Positions 8,015-16,661 of a DNA stretch of 28,344 bases are shown one piece after another; the first letter of the stretch is position 1, and every line of letters begins with the position of its first letter. The translations under genes and the position numbers were made by a program. The notes beneath the pieces were generated by a model. It was not told where the DNA came from, searched no databases, and saw only the letters and a program-made list of their open reading frames with translations. This DNA is from Pseudomonadota bacterium. Lineage in GTDB: Bacteria > Pseudomonadota > Gammaproteobacteria > Burkholderiales > Burkholderiaceae_C. Location of the stretch: assembly GCA_041158605.1 (NCBI GenBank), contig JBEBBB010000136.1, forward strand, positions 1 to 28,344, read 5' to 3'.

Positions 8015-11000
8015 TCAGGCACCCGCGCTGCGGCCACTGGCCCATTGGGCCTCGCAGGCTTTCCAGCGTTGCAGCGCCGCCTGGTGGTGCCGGGCCTTGA
8101 CATGGCCAAACCCTTTGATGGTATCGGTCACGCCCATCCACTCAAGAGCGAGTGCGTGGTTATCAGGCGTCAAACCCTCGATCACCTGCGCCAGGGCTTG
8201 TTCGTACAACACCACCAAGGCCCGCTCAGAGCGGCGCTCATCGGTCCAACCGAAGGGGTCCCAACGGGTTCCGCGCAAACCCTTGAACGTGGCCAAAACA
8301 CCGAACAACGGCCGCACCCATGCACCAAACACCTGTTTGGTCGGCACAGCGTCCGCACGCTGCCTCCACCACAAGGGGGGAGCCAGGTGGTACTGGAGGC
8401 GCACATCACCTTCAAACTGCCGTTCGAGTTGGGCCTTGAACGCGGGATCGGTGTGCAAACGGGCCACCTCGTACTCGTCTTTGTACGCCATCACCCGAAA
8501 AAGCTGCCGGGCCACCACTTGGGCCAGCCGGGACTGCCCCGTGCCCAGTACACGCCCCTCGGCCTCGCGGACACGCTCCACCCATGCCTGGTAGCGCTGG
8601 GCATAAGCGGTGTTTTGATACGCCGTGAGATACGCCACCCGGCGCTCGACCAACACGTCCAAACCCTCCCGGGGTTGGAATTGAACGGTTTGGGCAGGGG
8701 CCAGCTGCCGGTTCAAACGGGTCGGGTCGTGCGCGGCCCAGCGGCCCCACGCAAAAGCCGATTGGTTTTTCTCCACCGATGCCCCGTTCAGGGCCATGGC
8801 TTGTAACAAGGCCTGTTGGCTCAGGGGGACCCAACCGCGCTGCCACGCGTACCCGAGCAACAAGGGGTTGGCATACAGGCTGTCACCCAACAGCTGTTTG
8901 GCCAGGGCATCGGCATCCAAGGCACCCAGGTCGTTGGGAGCCACCGCACCCGCCAAGGCCTCTGCGCACGCGTGCGCCGGGTTGGCCCAAGCACCATCGC
9001 GCACAAATGCCGCCGTGGGTGAGACATGGCTGTTCAGCGCCACCTTGGAGCGGCCAACACACAAGCGCAACAGGGTTTCTTTACCCGCTGAGACCACCGG
9101 ATCACACCCCAACACCAGGTCTGCCCCAGCCATGCCCACCCGGGTGGTGCGGATGGCCTGGGGGTTGTCGGCTATCAGCACATGGCTCCAGGTGGCCCCT
9201 CCCTTTTGGGCCAAACCCGCTGCGTCTTGGGTGATCACGGCTTTGCCGTCGATATGGGCGGCCATGCCCAACAACTGCCCCACCGTGATGACCCCGGTAC
9301 CCCCCACGCCTGCCACGACCACGCCATACGCCTTGTCTGTGGCAGGCAAAACGGGTTCCGGAGGCTCGCCCCAGCTGCGTCCATCGGCGAGCGCCGAACC
9401 CTCGCTGGCCGCTCGCGCTGTACCCGCACGCAAGCGCCCCCCACTGACCGTGACAAAACTGGGGCAAAACCCTTTCAGGCAGCTCATGTCTTTGTTGCAA
9501 CTGCCTTGGTTGATGGTCCGCTTGCGACCCCATTCGGTCTCTAAAGGCTCGATACTCAAACAATTGCTCTGGACACCACAATCGCCACAGCCCTCACACA
9601 CCAGGTCGTTGATGACCACGCGCTGCGGGGGTTCTGCCAAAACGCCCCGTTTGCGCCGGCGCCGTTTTTCGGTGGCGCAGGTCTGGTCGTAAATGATCAC
9701 CGTGGTGCCCGGCAAGGCCCGAAACGCACGCTGCACCCGGTCCAGCGCATCGCGGTGTTCAATCGCAATGCCCGCGGGCAGACCCTGGTCCTTGGCATGG
9801 GCATATTTGTCTGGCTCGTCGGTGACGATGGTGATGCGCTGGGCCCCTTCGGCCTGCAGGCTCTGGGCGATTTGAACAACGCTGTGCCCCTCGGGCCGCT
9901 CGCCCACAGGCTGCCCACCGGTCATCGCGACCGCGTCGTTGTAGAGCAGCTTGTAGGTGATGTTCACCCCGGCTGCAATGCTCTGCCGTATGGCCAAGAT
10001 GCCGCTGTGAAAGTAGGTGCCGTCGCCCAAATTGGCAAACACATGTTGCTCGTTGGTAAAGGGTTGTTGCCCCACCCAAGGCACCCCCTCACCGCCCATT
10101 TGGGTAAAGCCCACGGTCGCGCGGTCCATCCAGGTGGCCATGAAGTGGCAACCTATGCCTGCCATGGCTCTGGAGCCCTCGGGCACCTGGGTGCTGGTGT
10201 TGTGGGGGCAACCCGAACAAAACCAGGGTTGCCGGTCCACAGGTGGGCGCGCGGCTTGAAGGGCCAGCATGGCCCGGTCTTTGGCATCCAGCAGCGCCAG
10301 GTGGGCATCCACCCGAGCGGTCACCGCCGCACCTTCGGGCAACAAACCCCGTTTGCGCAACCGGCGAGCCAAGGCCCGGGCAATGATGGCCGGCGACAAG
10401 TCGGCATTGGCCCGCAGCAAGGTGTGGGCACTGGGGTTCGGGACCGACCACTCCCCGCCAGAGTGGTCTCCGCCCACCTCGTCAAATTTACCCAAGACAT
10501 CAGGGCGAACGTCCGAGCGCCAGTTGTACAACTCCTCTTTCAGTTGGTATTCAATGACCTGGCGTTTTTCTTCCACCACCAGGATTTCACGCAGACCCGT
10601 GGCGAATTCGCGCGTGGTCTGGGCCTCCAAAGGCCACACCACAGCCACCTTGTGCAAACGTATCCCCAGCTGGCGGCAGGTGGGGTCATCCAAACCCAGG
10701 TCCAACAGGGCTTGGCGGGTGTCGTTGTAGGCTTTGCCACTGGCTATGATCCCGTAGCAGTCATGAGGCCCTTCAACCACGTTGTGGTTGAGGCGATTGG
10801 CCCGGATGTAAGCCAGGGCGGCGTACCACTTGTGGTCAAACAAGCGGGCCTCTTGTTCCAGCGCCGCATCGGGCCAGCGGATGTGCAGCCCACCAGGGGG
10901 CATGTCGAACGCCGGCACCTGACACACCACCCGCTCTGGGTTCACCTCCACCGTGGCGCTGGACTCCACAATTTCTTGTATGGTTTTCATGCCGGCCCAC

Positions 11001-11620
11001 ACACCCGCAAAGCGGCTCATCGCCCATGCATGAACACCCAAATCCAGAATCTCCTGCACGCTGGCCGGAAAAAACACCGGCAAACCACAGGCTTTGAAGA
11101 TGTGGTCACTTTGGTGGGCAGCGGTTGAACTTTTGGCCACGTGGTCATCACCCGCCACGGCGATCACACCGCCCCAGGGGGTGGTACCGGCCATGTTGGC
11201 GTGTTTGAACACATCAGAACACCGGTCCACGCCCGGCCCCTTGCCGTACCAAAGACCAAACACCCCGTCGTAACGCTGAGTCCCAGCCGGGGCAAAACCC
11301 AATTGTTGGGTGCCCCACACCGCCGTGGCGGCCAGCTCTTCGTTGACTCCGGGCTGGAAAACGACATGTTGGGCTTTTAAATGTTTTTGTGCCCCCCACA
11401 ACGCCTGGTCGTACCCCCCCAGCGGAGAGCCCCGGTAGCCGCTGACAAAACCCGCGGTTTGCCGGCCCACCAGGGCATCTCGCTGTCGCTGCAACATCGG
11501 CAAACGGACCAAGGCTTGCACCCCGCTCATAAAAGCCTGCCCACGCTCAAGGGTGTATTTGTCTTCCAAGGTCACGGCCACAAGGGCTCGGCGCAGGTCA
11601 CCCGACAGAGGTGCGTTCAT
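8015..11620 (-). CDS. Indolepyruvate:ferredoxin oxidoreductase family protein, single-chain (alpha+beta fused)
   Basis: 1201 aa. SGYRGSPLGG; FCSGCPHN; TPP motif GDGTYFHSG..YNDAVAMTGGQ; two Fe-S motifs CEGCGDC..SNC and CNKDMSCLKGFCPS; beta-type GVGGTGV..GLAQKGGA; C-terminal AYKDEYEVARL. SD AGGAG. Confidence 0.95.
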   Translation of the reverse strand: MNAPLSGDLRRALVAVTLEDKYTLERGQAFMSGVQALVRLPMLQRQRDALVGRQTAGFVSGYRGSPLGGYDQALWGAQKHLKAQHVVFQPGVNEELAATAVWGTQQLGFAPAGTQRYDGVFGLWYGKGPGVDRCSDVFKHANMAGTTPWGGVIAVAGDDHVAKSSTAAHQSDHIFKACGLPVFFPASVQEILDLGVHAWAMSRFAGVWAGMKTIQEIVESSATVEVNPERVVCQVPAFDMPPGGLHIRWPDAALEQEARLFDHKWYAALAYIRANRLNHNVVEGPHDCYGIIASGKAYNDTRQALLDLGLDDPTCRQLGIRLHKVAVVWPLEAQTTREFATGLREILVVEEKRQVIEYQLKEELYNWRSDVRPDVLGKFDEVGGDHSGGEWSVPNPSAHTLLRANADLSPAIIARALARRLRKRGLLPEGAAVTARVDAHLALLDAKDRAMLALQAARPPVDRQPWFCSGCPHNTSTQVPEGSRAMAGIGCHFMATWMDRATVGFTQMGGEGVPWVGQQPFTNEQHVFANLGDGTYFHSGILAIRQSIAAGVNITYKLLYNDAVAMTGGQPVGERPEGHSVVQIAQSLQAEGAQRITIVTDEPDKYAHAKDQGLPAGIAIEHRDALDRVQRAFRALPGTTVIIYDQTCATEKRRRRKRGVLAEPPQRVVINDLVCEGCGDCGVQSNCLSIEPLETEWGRKRTINQGSCNKDMSCLKGFCPSFVTVSGGRLRAGTARAASEGSALADGRSWGEPPEPVLPATDKAYGVVVAGVGGTGVITVGQLLGMAAHIDGKAVITQDAAGLAQKGGATWSHVLIADNPQAIRTTRVGMAGADLVLGCDPVVSAGKETLLRLCVGRSKVALNSHVSPTAAFVRDGAWANPAHACAEALAGAVAPNDLGALDADALAKQLLGDSLYANPLLLGYAWQRGWVPLSQQALLQAMALNGASVEKNQSAFAWGRWAAHDPTRLNRQLAPAQTVQFQPREGLDVLVERRVAYLTAYQNTAYAQRYQAWVERVREAEGRVLGTGQSRLAQVVARQLFRVMAYKDEYEVARLHTDPAFKAQLERQFEGDVRLQYHLAPPLWWRQRADAVPTKQVFGAWVRPLFGVLATFKGLRGTRWDPFGWTDERRSERALVVLYEQALAQVIEGLTPDNHALALEWMGVTDTIKGFGHVKARHHQAALQRWKACEAQWASGRSAGA

Positions 11621-11652
11621 GGGGAGGGTCTCCTGGTTTGGTTGTAGCGGTC

Positions 11653-11658
11653 AGTGTA
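11653..11658 (-). promoter_or_regulatory. Candidate -10 element (TACACT) of ior
   Basis: agtgta on + strand; weak -35 (AGGACA) at 17 bp, consistent with an activator-dependent promoter. Confidence 0.45.
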
Positions 11659-11679
11659 TGCGGGCCAGCCGGATATGTC

Positions 11680-11716
11680 CTTTCTTTTATTGTCTAAAAT
11701 AAACTATAAAAGAAAG
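11680..11716. promoter_or_regulatory. Perfect 11-bp inverted repeat CTTTCTTTTAT-N15-ATAAAAGAAAG in the divergent ior/lrp control region
   Basis: Arms at 11680-11690 and 11706-11716 are exact reverse complements. They flank a TAAAAT hexamer (11695-11700) within an AT-rich island. Confidence 0.6.
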
Positions 11717-11739
11717 ATTAATTCTCAAAAAGCCAAAAA

Positions 11740-12219
11740 ATGGAACAGCTTGACAAGTTTGACTGGGCCATCTTGGAAGAGTTGCAACTGGATGGCCGGC
11801 TCACCAACGCGGAACTCTCCCAGCGGGTAGGTCTGTCGGCAGCCCCTTGCTGGCGGCGGGTCAAGGCTTTGGAACAGGCGGGTTACATCACAGGCTACCG
11901 GGCGGTGGTGGACCGGCGCAAAGTGGGGCTGGGGGTGTTGGCGTTTGTGCGACTGGACGCCGACCGCAACACCGGTGACGCCACCCGGCAACTGGAGGAT
12001 GCCATCCGCGGCCTGCCCGAGGTCATCACCTGCCATTACATCAGTGGCACTGGAACCTTTGAACTGCAGGTGGTCGCTCCTGACCTGGACAGTTTTTCCC
12101 GCCTGGCTTTGCAAAAGCTGGTCAACCTGCCCCACGTCAAAGACATACACACCAGTTTCTCCCTGGGTGAGGTCAAGGTATCGGCGGCGCTTCCCTTGGG
12201 CCACCTGCGGGTACCCTGA
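11740..12219 (+). CDS. Lrp/AsnC family transcriptional regulator
   Basis: LDKFDWAILEELQLDGRLTNAELSQRVGLSAAPCWRRVKALEQAGYI HTH and C-terminal RAM domain (CHYISGTGTFELQV). Divergent from ior. Confidence 0.95.
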   Translation: MEQLDKFDWAILEELQLDGRLTNAELSQRVGLSAAPCWRRVKALEQAGYITGYRAVVDRRKVGLGVLAFVRLDADRNTGDATRQLEDAIRGLPEVITCHYISGTGTFELQVVAPDLDSFSRLALQKLVNLPHVKDIHTSFSLGEVKVSAALPLGHLRVP

Positions 12220-12286
12220 AGCGCCGGGCGGATCCCCACAGGCTGCTACATTTCGGGACTGTCACAGACCCGCCTTCAGCCCGACC

Positions 12287-15196
12287 TTGACCACACGCCT
12301 GTTTTTGAACCTCGCCACCGCTCTGGCTTACGCCCTGTTTGGCTGGTTGTCACTCAAGGTTTCCACGCCACCAGACTACGTGTCGCTGGTGTTCCTGCCT
12401 GCGGGCTTGGCACTGGCTGTGGTGTTGATTTGGGGCATCCGCCTCACGCCCGGAGTGTTCCTGGGTTCTTTGTTGGTGCAGGTGCTCGCTCACAACCAAG
12501 CCAGCGTGGCCAGTTGGTCTTGGTCTTTGCTGCTGGCGCCCGCGGGGGCGGCCATCCAAGCGTGGGCAACCGCCTGGATGGTTTGGCGTTGGGTGGGTTA
12601 CCCCAGCGCCATGGACACCCCCACCAAGGTGGCGCTGTTCATGTTTTTGATAACCCCCATGGGCTCCATGATCAACGCCAGCCTGTCGGTCCCTTTGTTG
12701 GTTGCAGGCGGTGCCATCCCCGCTGCGGACGCTCTCTACAGCTGGTGGACTTGGTGGTTGGGTGACGCGTTGGGCGTGGTGTTGTTGGCCCCTATGGTGT
12801 TGGCCTTGTTTGGTGAACCGGCGGAAGCGTGGCGCCCACGCACACGCACGGTGGCACTGCCGATGGTCTTTGCCTTGGTACTGACCAGCGGCAGTTTTTA
12901 CCAACTGCGCCAAGGCGACGAGCGGGCGCTGTCCCAGCGTTTTCAACAGGAAACCCACGAACAAGCACTGCGCCTCCAGCGCCGCTTGGACGCCCAGGCC
13001 GACAGTGTGGTGGCCATTGCCAAGTTGATGCAACTGACCCAGCACCTGTCAGAAGCCGACTTCAAGGCCGCCACACGCCCTTGGCTGGAGCGCTACAGCG
13101 GAACCCAGAACTTTGGTTGGAGCCCGCTGGTCAAGGCGGATCAACGCACATCTTTTGAAACCCCACCCTGGCGGGGTGGAGCGGGCGGTTTGGAGATCAA
13201 AGGTCGCGACGCCAACGGTCAGGTGTTCAAAGCCCCCCAGGCGGACTACCACCTGCCCATCACCTTGGTGGAGCCCTTGGACAGCAACCGCAGCGTGTTG
13301 GGCTTGGATGTGCGGGTGCTGCCGGCCACGGCCGCGTCGGTCGCATCCACACAACAAACAGGGTTGCCCACCACCACACAAGCGATACGGCTGGTTCAAG
13401 AAGCAGGGGAACAACGTGGCGTGGTGATGTACCAGGCGGTGTTCCACTCGGGTACCACTACGTTAAAGGGCGTGGTGTCTGCGGTGTTTCGCATGGACGA
13501 TGTGCTGCAGGCCGTGCTGGACCCAGCCGATACCGGTCGATGGACCCTGTGCCTGATCGACGCCCACGCCTCCGCCCCCAACCGGCGGCTGTCTGGTCCC
13601 TCTGGTTGCGAGAATGCACCCCAACGCCCCAACCTTTGGGCAGCCGACTGGCCCCTTCGGTTCGGGGGCCAAAACTGGCAGGCGCATTTTGTGATCGGCC
13701 CGCAATACCTGGCCCAGTCACGCAACTGGACCACTTGGGTCACCCTGGCCACCGGGCTGGGTTCGGTCGCCATGTTGGGCGCCTTTTTGATGGTCATCAC
13801 AGGGCTGAACCGCCGGACCCAGCGCTTGGTGGAACAACGCACCGTGGAGCTGGCCCGCAGCAACGCTACCCTGGCACAACTCGCCCACTTCGACCCCCTG
13901 ACAGGGCTGTCCAACCGCACCCATTGGATGGCCCAGGCGGAGAACACCCTGCGTGAGGCACAGGAGCGGGGTGAACCGATGGCCATCATGTTCCTGGACC
14001 TGGACCGTTTTAAACATGTCAATGACAGCCTGGGCCACAGCCAGGGCGACTTGTTGCTCCAAACCGTGGCGCAACGGTTGAGGGTCTGTCTGCGGGCACG
14101 GGATGTCTTGGCCCGGCTGGGTGGCGATGAATTTGTGGTGCTGCTGCCCAAACTGAAAGGCCGCGAGGGGGCTGCGGTCGCTGCCCGTAAAATTGTGAAG
14201 GCCCTGTCCGAACCTGTCACCCTGGACAACCATGAGGTGACCGTGTCGGCCAGCCTGGGGTTGGCGTATTACCCCGGTGATGGGGAGGATGTAGAAACCT
14301 TGCTGCGCCACGCAGACACGGCCATGTACGCGGTCAAAGACTCCGGCCGCAACAGCTGGCGTTTTTTTGCACCCGACATGACCGAACGTTTGTCTCAGCG
14401 GTTGGTGCTGGAGACCGGATTGCGCAGGGCTTTGCAGCCCGAGGCGCGCGAGTTGTTTCTGGAATACCAGCCCCAAGTCAACGGCGCGGGAGATGTCCTG
14501 GGCACCGAGGCCTTGGTCCGTTGGCGGCACCCCGAATTGGGTGTGGTGCCCCCCGACCGTTTTATCCCCATTGCTGAAGACGCAGGTTTGATCGATGCAC
14601 TGGGCCAATGGGTGCTGAAAGAGGCCTGCCTGCAACTGCGGCAGTGGCACGCCATGGCAGCGCAACAACCGGCCATGGGGCGGCTGCGGATGGCTGTGAA
14701 CATCTCCGCCCTGGAGTTCAACCGGCCCAGTTTTATAGCCCACCTGCGCGAGGTTTTGTTGACCAGTGGTGTCAGGGCGGACTGTCTGGAGCTGGAAATC
14801 ACCGAAAGCCTGCTGATGCAGGCCTTGCCCGACCTGAACAACCGCTTGAGCGACATCACCGCCCTGGGGGTGACCCTGGCTTTGGACGATTTTGGCACCG
14901 GGTACTCCAGCTTGGGCTACCTGAAACGCCTGCCCTTGAGCAAGGTGAAGATCGACCGGTCTTTTGTGACCGACATTCCCGGCGACGCCGAAGACGAAGC
15001 CATCGTCAGGGCGACCATCTCGATGGCACACGACCTGGGCTTGCAAGTGGTTGCTGAAGGGGTCGAAACCCCCGCACAGCGGGACTTCCTGACCCAGCAC
15101 CACTGCGACGCCCAACAGGGCTGGTTGTACAGCCGCTCGCTGCCAGCCGAGGCCTTGCCCGCTTGGGTGCAGGCCTGGCAAGCCAACGCCCCCTGA
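12287..15196 (+). CDS. Membrane MASE1-CHASE-GGDEF-EAL c-di-GMP signalling protein
   Basis: N-terminal MASE1 (FLPAGLALA..WWLGDALGV), CHASE (YHLPITLVEP..VLGLD), GGDEF (FLDLDRFKHVND..LGGDEF), EAL (TEALVRW, DDFGTGYSSL, KIDRSFV, AEGVE). Start placed at TTG 12287; the track start at 11945 overlaps lrp by 275 bp. Confidence 0.9.
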   Translation: MTTRLFLNLATALAYALFGWLSLKVSTPPDYVSLVFLPAGLALAVVLIWGIRLTPGVFLGSLLVQVLAHNQASVASWSWSLLLAPAGAAIQAWATAWMVWRWVGYPSAMDTPTKVALFMFLITPMGSMINASLSVPLLVAGGAIPAADALYSWWTWWLGDALGVVLLAPMVLALFGEPAEAWRPRTRTVALPMVFALVLTSGSFYQLRQGDERALSQRFQQETHEQALRLQRRLDAQADSVVAIAKLMQLTQHLSEADFKAATRPWLERYSGTQNFGWSPLVKADQRTSFETPPWRGGAGGLEIKGRDANGQVFKAPQADYHLPITLVEPLDSNRSVLGLDVRVLPATAASVASTQQTGLPTTTQAIRLVQEAGEQRGVVMYQAVFHSGTTTLKGVVSAVFRMDDVLQAVLDPADTGRWTLCLIDAHASAPNRRLSGPSGCENAPQRPNLWAADWPLRFGGQNWQAHFVIGPQYLAQSRNWTTWVTLATGLGSVAMLGAFLMVITGLNRRTQRLVEQRTVELARSNATLAQLAHFDPLTGLSNRTHWMAQAENTLREAQERGEPMAIMFLDLDRFKHVNDSLGHSQGDLLLQTVAQRLRVCLRARDVLARLGGDEFVVLLPKLKGREGAAVAARKIVKALSEPVTLDNHEVTVSASLGLAYYPGDGEDVETLLRHADTAMYAVKDSGRNSWRFFAPDMTERLSQRLVLETGLRRALQPEARELFLEYQPQVNGAGDVLGTEALVRWRHPELGVVPPDRFIPIAEDAGLIDALGQWVLKEACLQLRQWHAMAAQQPAMGRLRMAVNISALEFNRPSFIAHLREVLLTSGVRADCLELEITESLLMQALPDLNNRLSDITALGVTLALDDFGTGYSSLGYLKRLPLSKVKIDRSFVTDIPGDAEDEAIVRATISMAHDLGLQVVAEGVETPAQRDFLTQHHCDAQQGWLYSRSLPAEALPAWVQAWQANAP

Positions 15197-15207
15197 GGGG
15201 CGGGGGC

Positions 15208-15897
15208 TCAACCGAGGTGTTCGGCAAAAAACGCCAGGGTGCGGTCGCGGGCCAGATCGGCCGCAGCGGCGTTGTACGCCCCCCGCTGGTCGCAATTGAA
15301 CCCGTGGTTGGCGGCGTACACATGAACCTGCACCCCGGGCTGTGCGGCGGCAAACGCGTGGACCGTGTCCAGGGGGATCCAGTGATCGGCCTCGCCAAAG
15401 TGGGCCATGACAGGGCACTTGGGTTGGCGCGCCACCTCGGCTTCGGTGGTCATCCCGCCGCCGTAATAAGGCACCGCGGCCGACACCCCCTCCAGGCCGC
15501 AGGCGGCACGCCAGGTCAACAAACCGCCCCAGCAGTAACCTACAACCCCCACTTTGCCACCAGCGCGCTGCCCCGCGTAGGCGACAGCGGCCTGGATATC
15601 GGCCATCGCACCCGGGTCGGGCAGGCCCTCCACGGCCATTTTGAGACCAAAACCACGTTTCATGTCGTCTTCGGCATACCCCAGTTCAACGCCCTGCTCC
15701 ACGCGGTGGAAGGTCGCCGGCGCCACGGCCAAGTAGCCGGCTTGGGCGTAGCCGTCGGCCACAGCGCGGATGTGGCTGTTCACACCAAAAATCTCTTGCA
15801 ACACCACCACGGCCCCACGGACCACCCCACTGGGGGTGGCCACGTAGGCCGGCACCCGCGTGCCGTCGGCCGACACCAGTTCAACAACAGCACCCAT
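15208..15897 (-). CDS. Dienelactone hydrolase family protein
   Basis: VLQEIFGVN, nucleophile GYCWGG, HFGEADHWI and NHGF (Cys-Asp-His triad). Start set at the second ATG (15897) because AGGAG lies 9 nt upstream of it but abuts the ATG at 15906. Confidence 0.93.
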   Translation of the reverse strand: MGAVVELVSADGTRVPAYVATPSGVVRGAVVVLQEIFGVNSHIRAVADGYAQAGYLAVAPATFHRVEQGVELGYAEDDMKRGFGLKMAVEGLPDPGAMADIQAAVAYAGQRAGGKVGVVGYCWGGLLTWRAACGLEGVSAAVPYYGGGMTTEAEVARQPKCPVMAHFGEADHWIPLDTVHAFAAAQPGVQVHVYAANHGFNCDQRGAYNAAAADLARDRTLAFFAEHLG

Positions 15898-15917
15898 CTT
15901 TTGCATCTCCTTGGTTC

Positions 15918-15939
15918 AAAAAAGGCCACCGCTGTGGCC
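15918..15939 (-). terminator. Intrinsic-terminator-like hairpin GGCCAC-AGCG-GTGGCC-T6 just upstream of the dienelactone hydrolase RBS
   Basis: + strand reads aaaaaa ggccac cgct gtggcc: a 6-bp GC-rich stem, 4-nt loop and U6 tail on the minus strand. Confidence 0.55.
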
Positions 15940-15980
15940 CAATGGGCAGAATAACCCAACACGAGACACCCGGAGACCCC

Positions 15981-16601
15981 ATGGACTTCAAACCCTTGGT
16001 CACCCTGCTGGCCATTGTGAACCCCCTGGCCATCGTGCCGTTTTTTATCCACTACACACAAGGGTTCAGCCAGGCCCAAAAACGGCACACGGTGTTGGTG
16101 GCGGGGGTCAGCGCGTTTGCGGTGATCGCGGCCTCGGCGCTGTTGGGCCTGCAAATTTTGGCGTTTTTTGGCATTTCACTCGCCAGTTTCCAGGTGGGCG
16201 GCAGCATGCTGTTGCTCACCTCAGCGCTGGCCATGCTCAACGCCCAACCCGCCGAGGCCAAAACCACCGAGGACGAGGTGGCGGATGCGGCCTCCAGGGC
16301 CTCCATCGCGGTGGTGCCCTTGACCATTCCCCTGCTGACCGGGCCGGCCACCATGTCCACCGTGGTGATCTACGCCGACCGGGCGCAGTCCTTTTGGCAA
16401 CACGCCGCGTTGGTGGGCTATGGGGTGGTGATCGGCCTGGCCACTGCAGTGTGTTTCACGCTGGCCGAGCCCATCGCCCGGGTGCTGGGCAAAACGGGCA
16501 TCAACGTGATGACCCGGCTGATGGGCCTGATCCTGGCTGCCCTGGCGGTGGAGGTGATGGCCGCCGGCCTGACCCAGTTGTTCCCAGCCTTGGGGCGCTG
16601 A
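15981..16601 (+). CDS. MarC family membrane protein (YchE/YhgN-like)
   Basis: LLAIVNPLAIVPFF, SFQVGGSMLL, AVVPLTIPLLTGPATM, TRLMGLILAALAVE. GGAG before ATG 15981. Confidence 0.93.
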   Translation: MDFKPLVTLLAIVNPLAIVPFFIHYTQGFSQAQKRHTVLVAGVSAFAVIAASALLGLQILAFFGISLASFQVGGSMLLLTSALAMLNAQPAEAKTTEDEVADAASRASIAVVPLTIPLLTGPATMSTVVIYADRAQSFWQHAALVGYGVVIGLATAVCFTLAEPIARVLGKTGINVMTRLMGLILAALAVEVMAAGLTQLFPALGR

Positions 16602-16661
16602 CCACAACCACCTGGACCGGGCTCGCCGCAAACCCGCCATTTGCAGGCGACAATTGGGGGA

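Noticed and set aside
11945-12286. N-terminal extension of the GGDEF/EAL ORF in the track (1083 aa)
   Set aside because: Overlaps lrp by 275 bp in another frame and is not domain-like; MASE1 begins only after TTG 12287.
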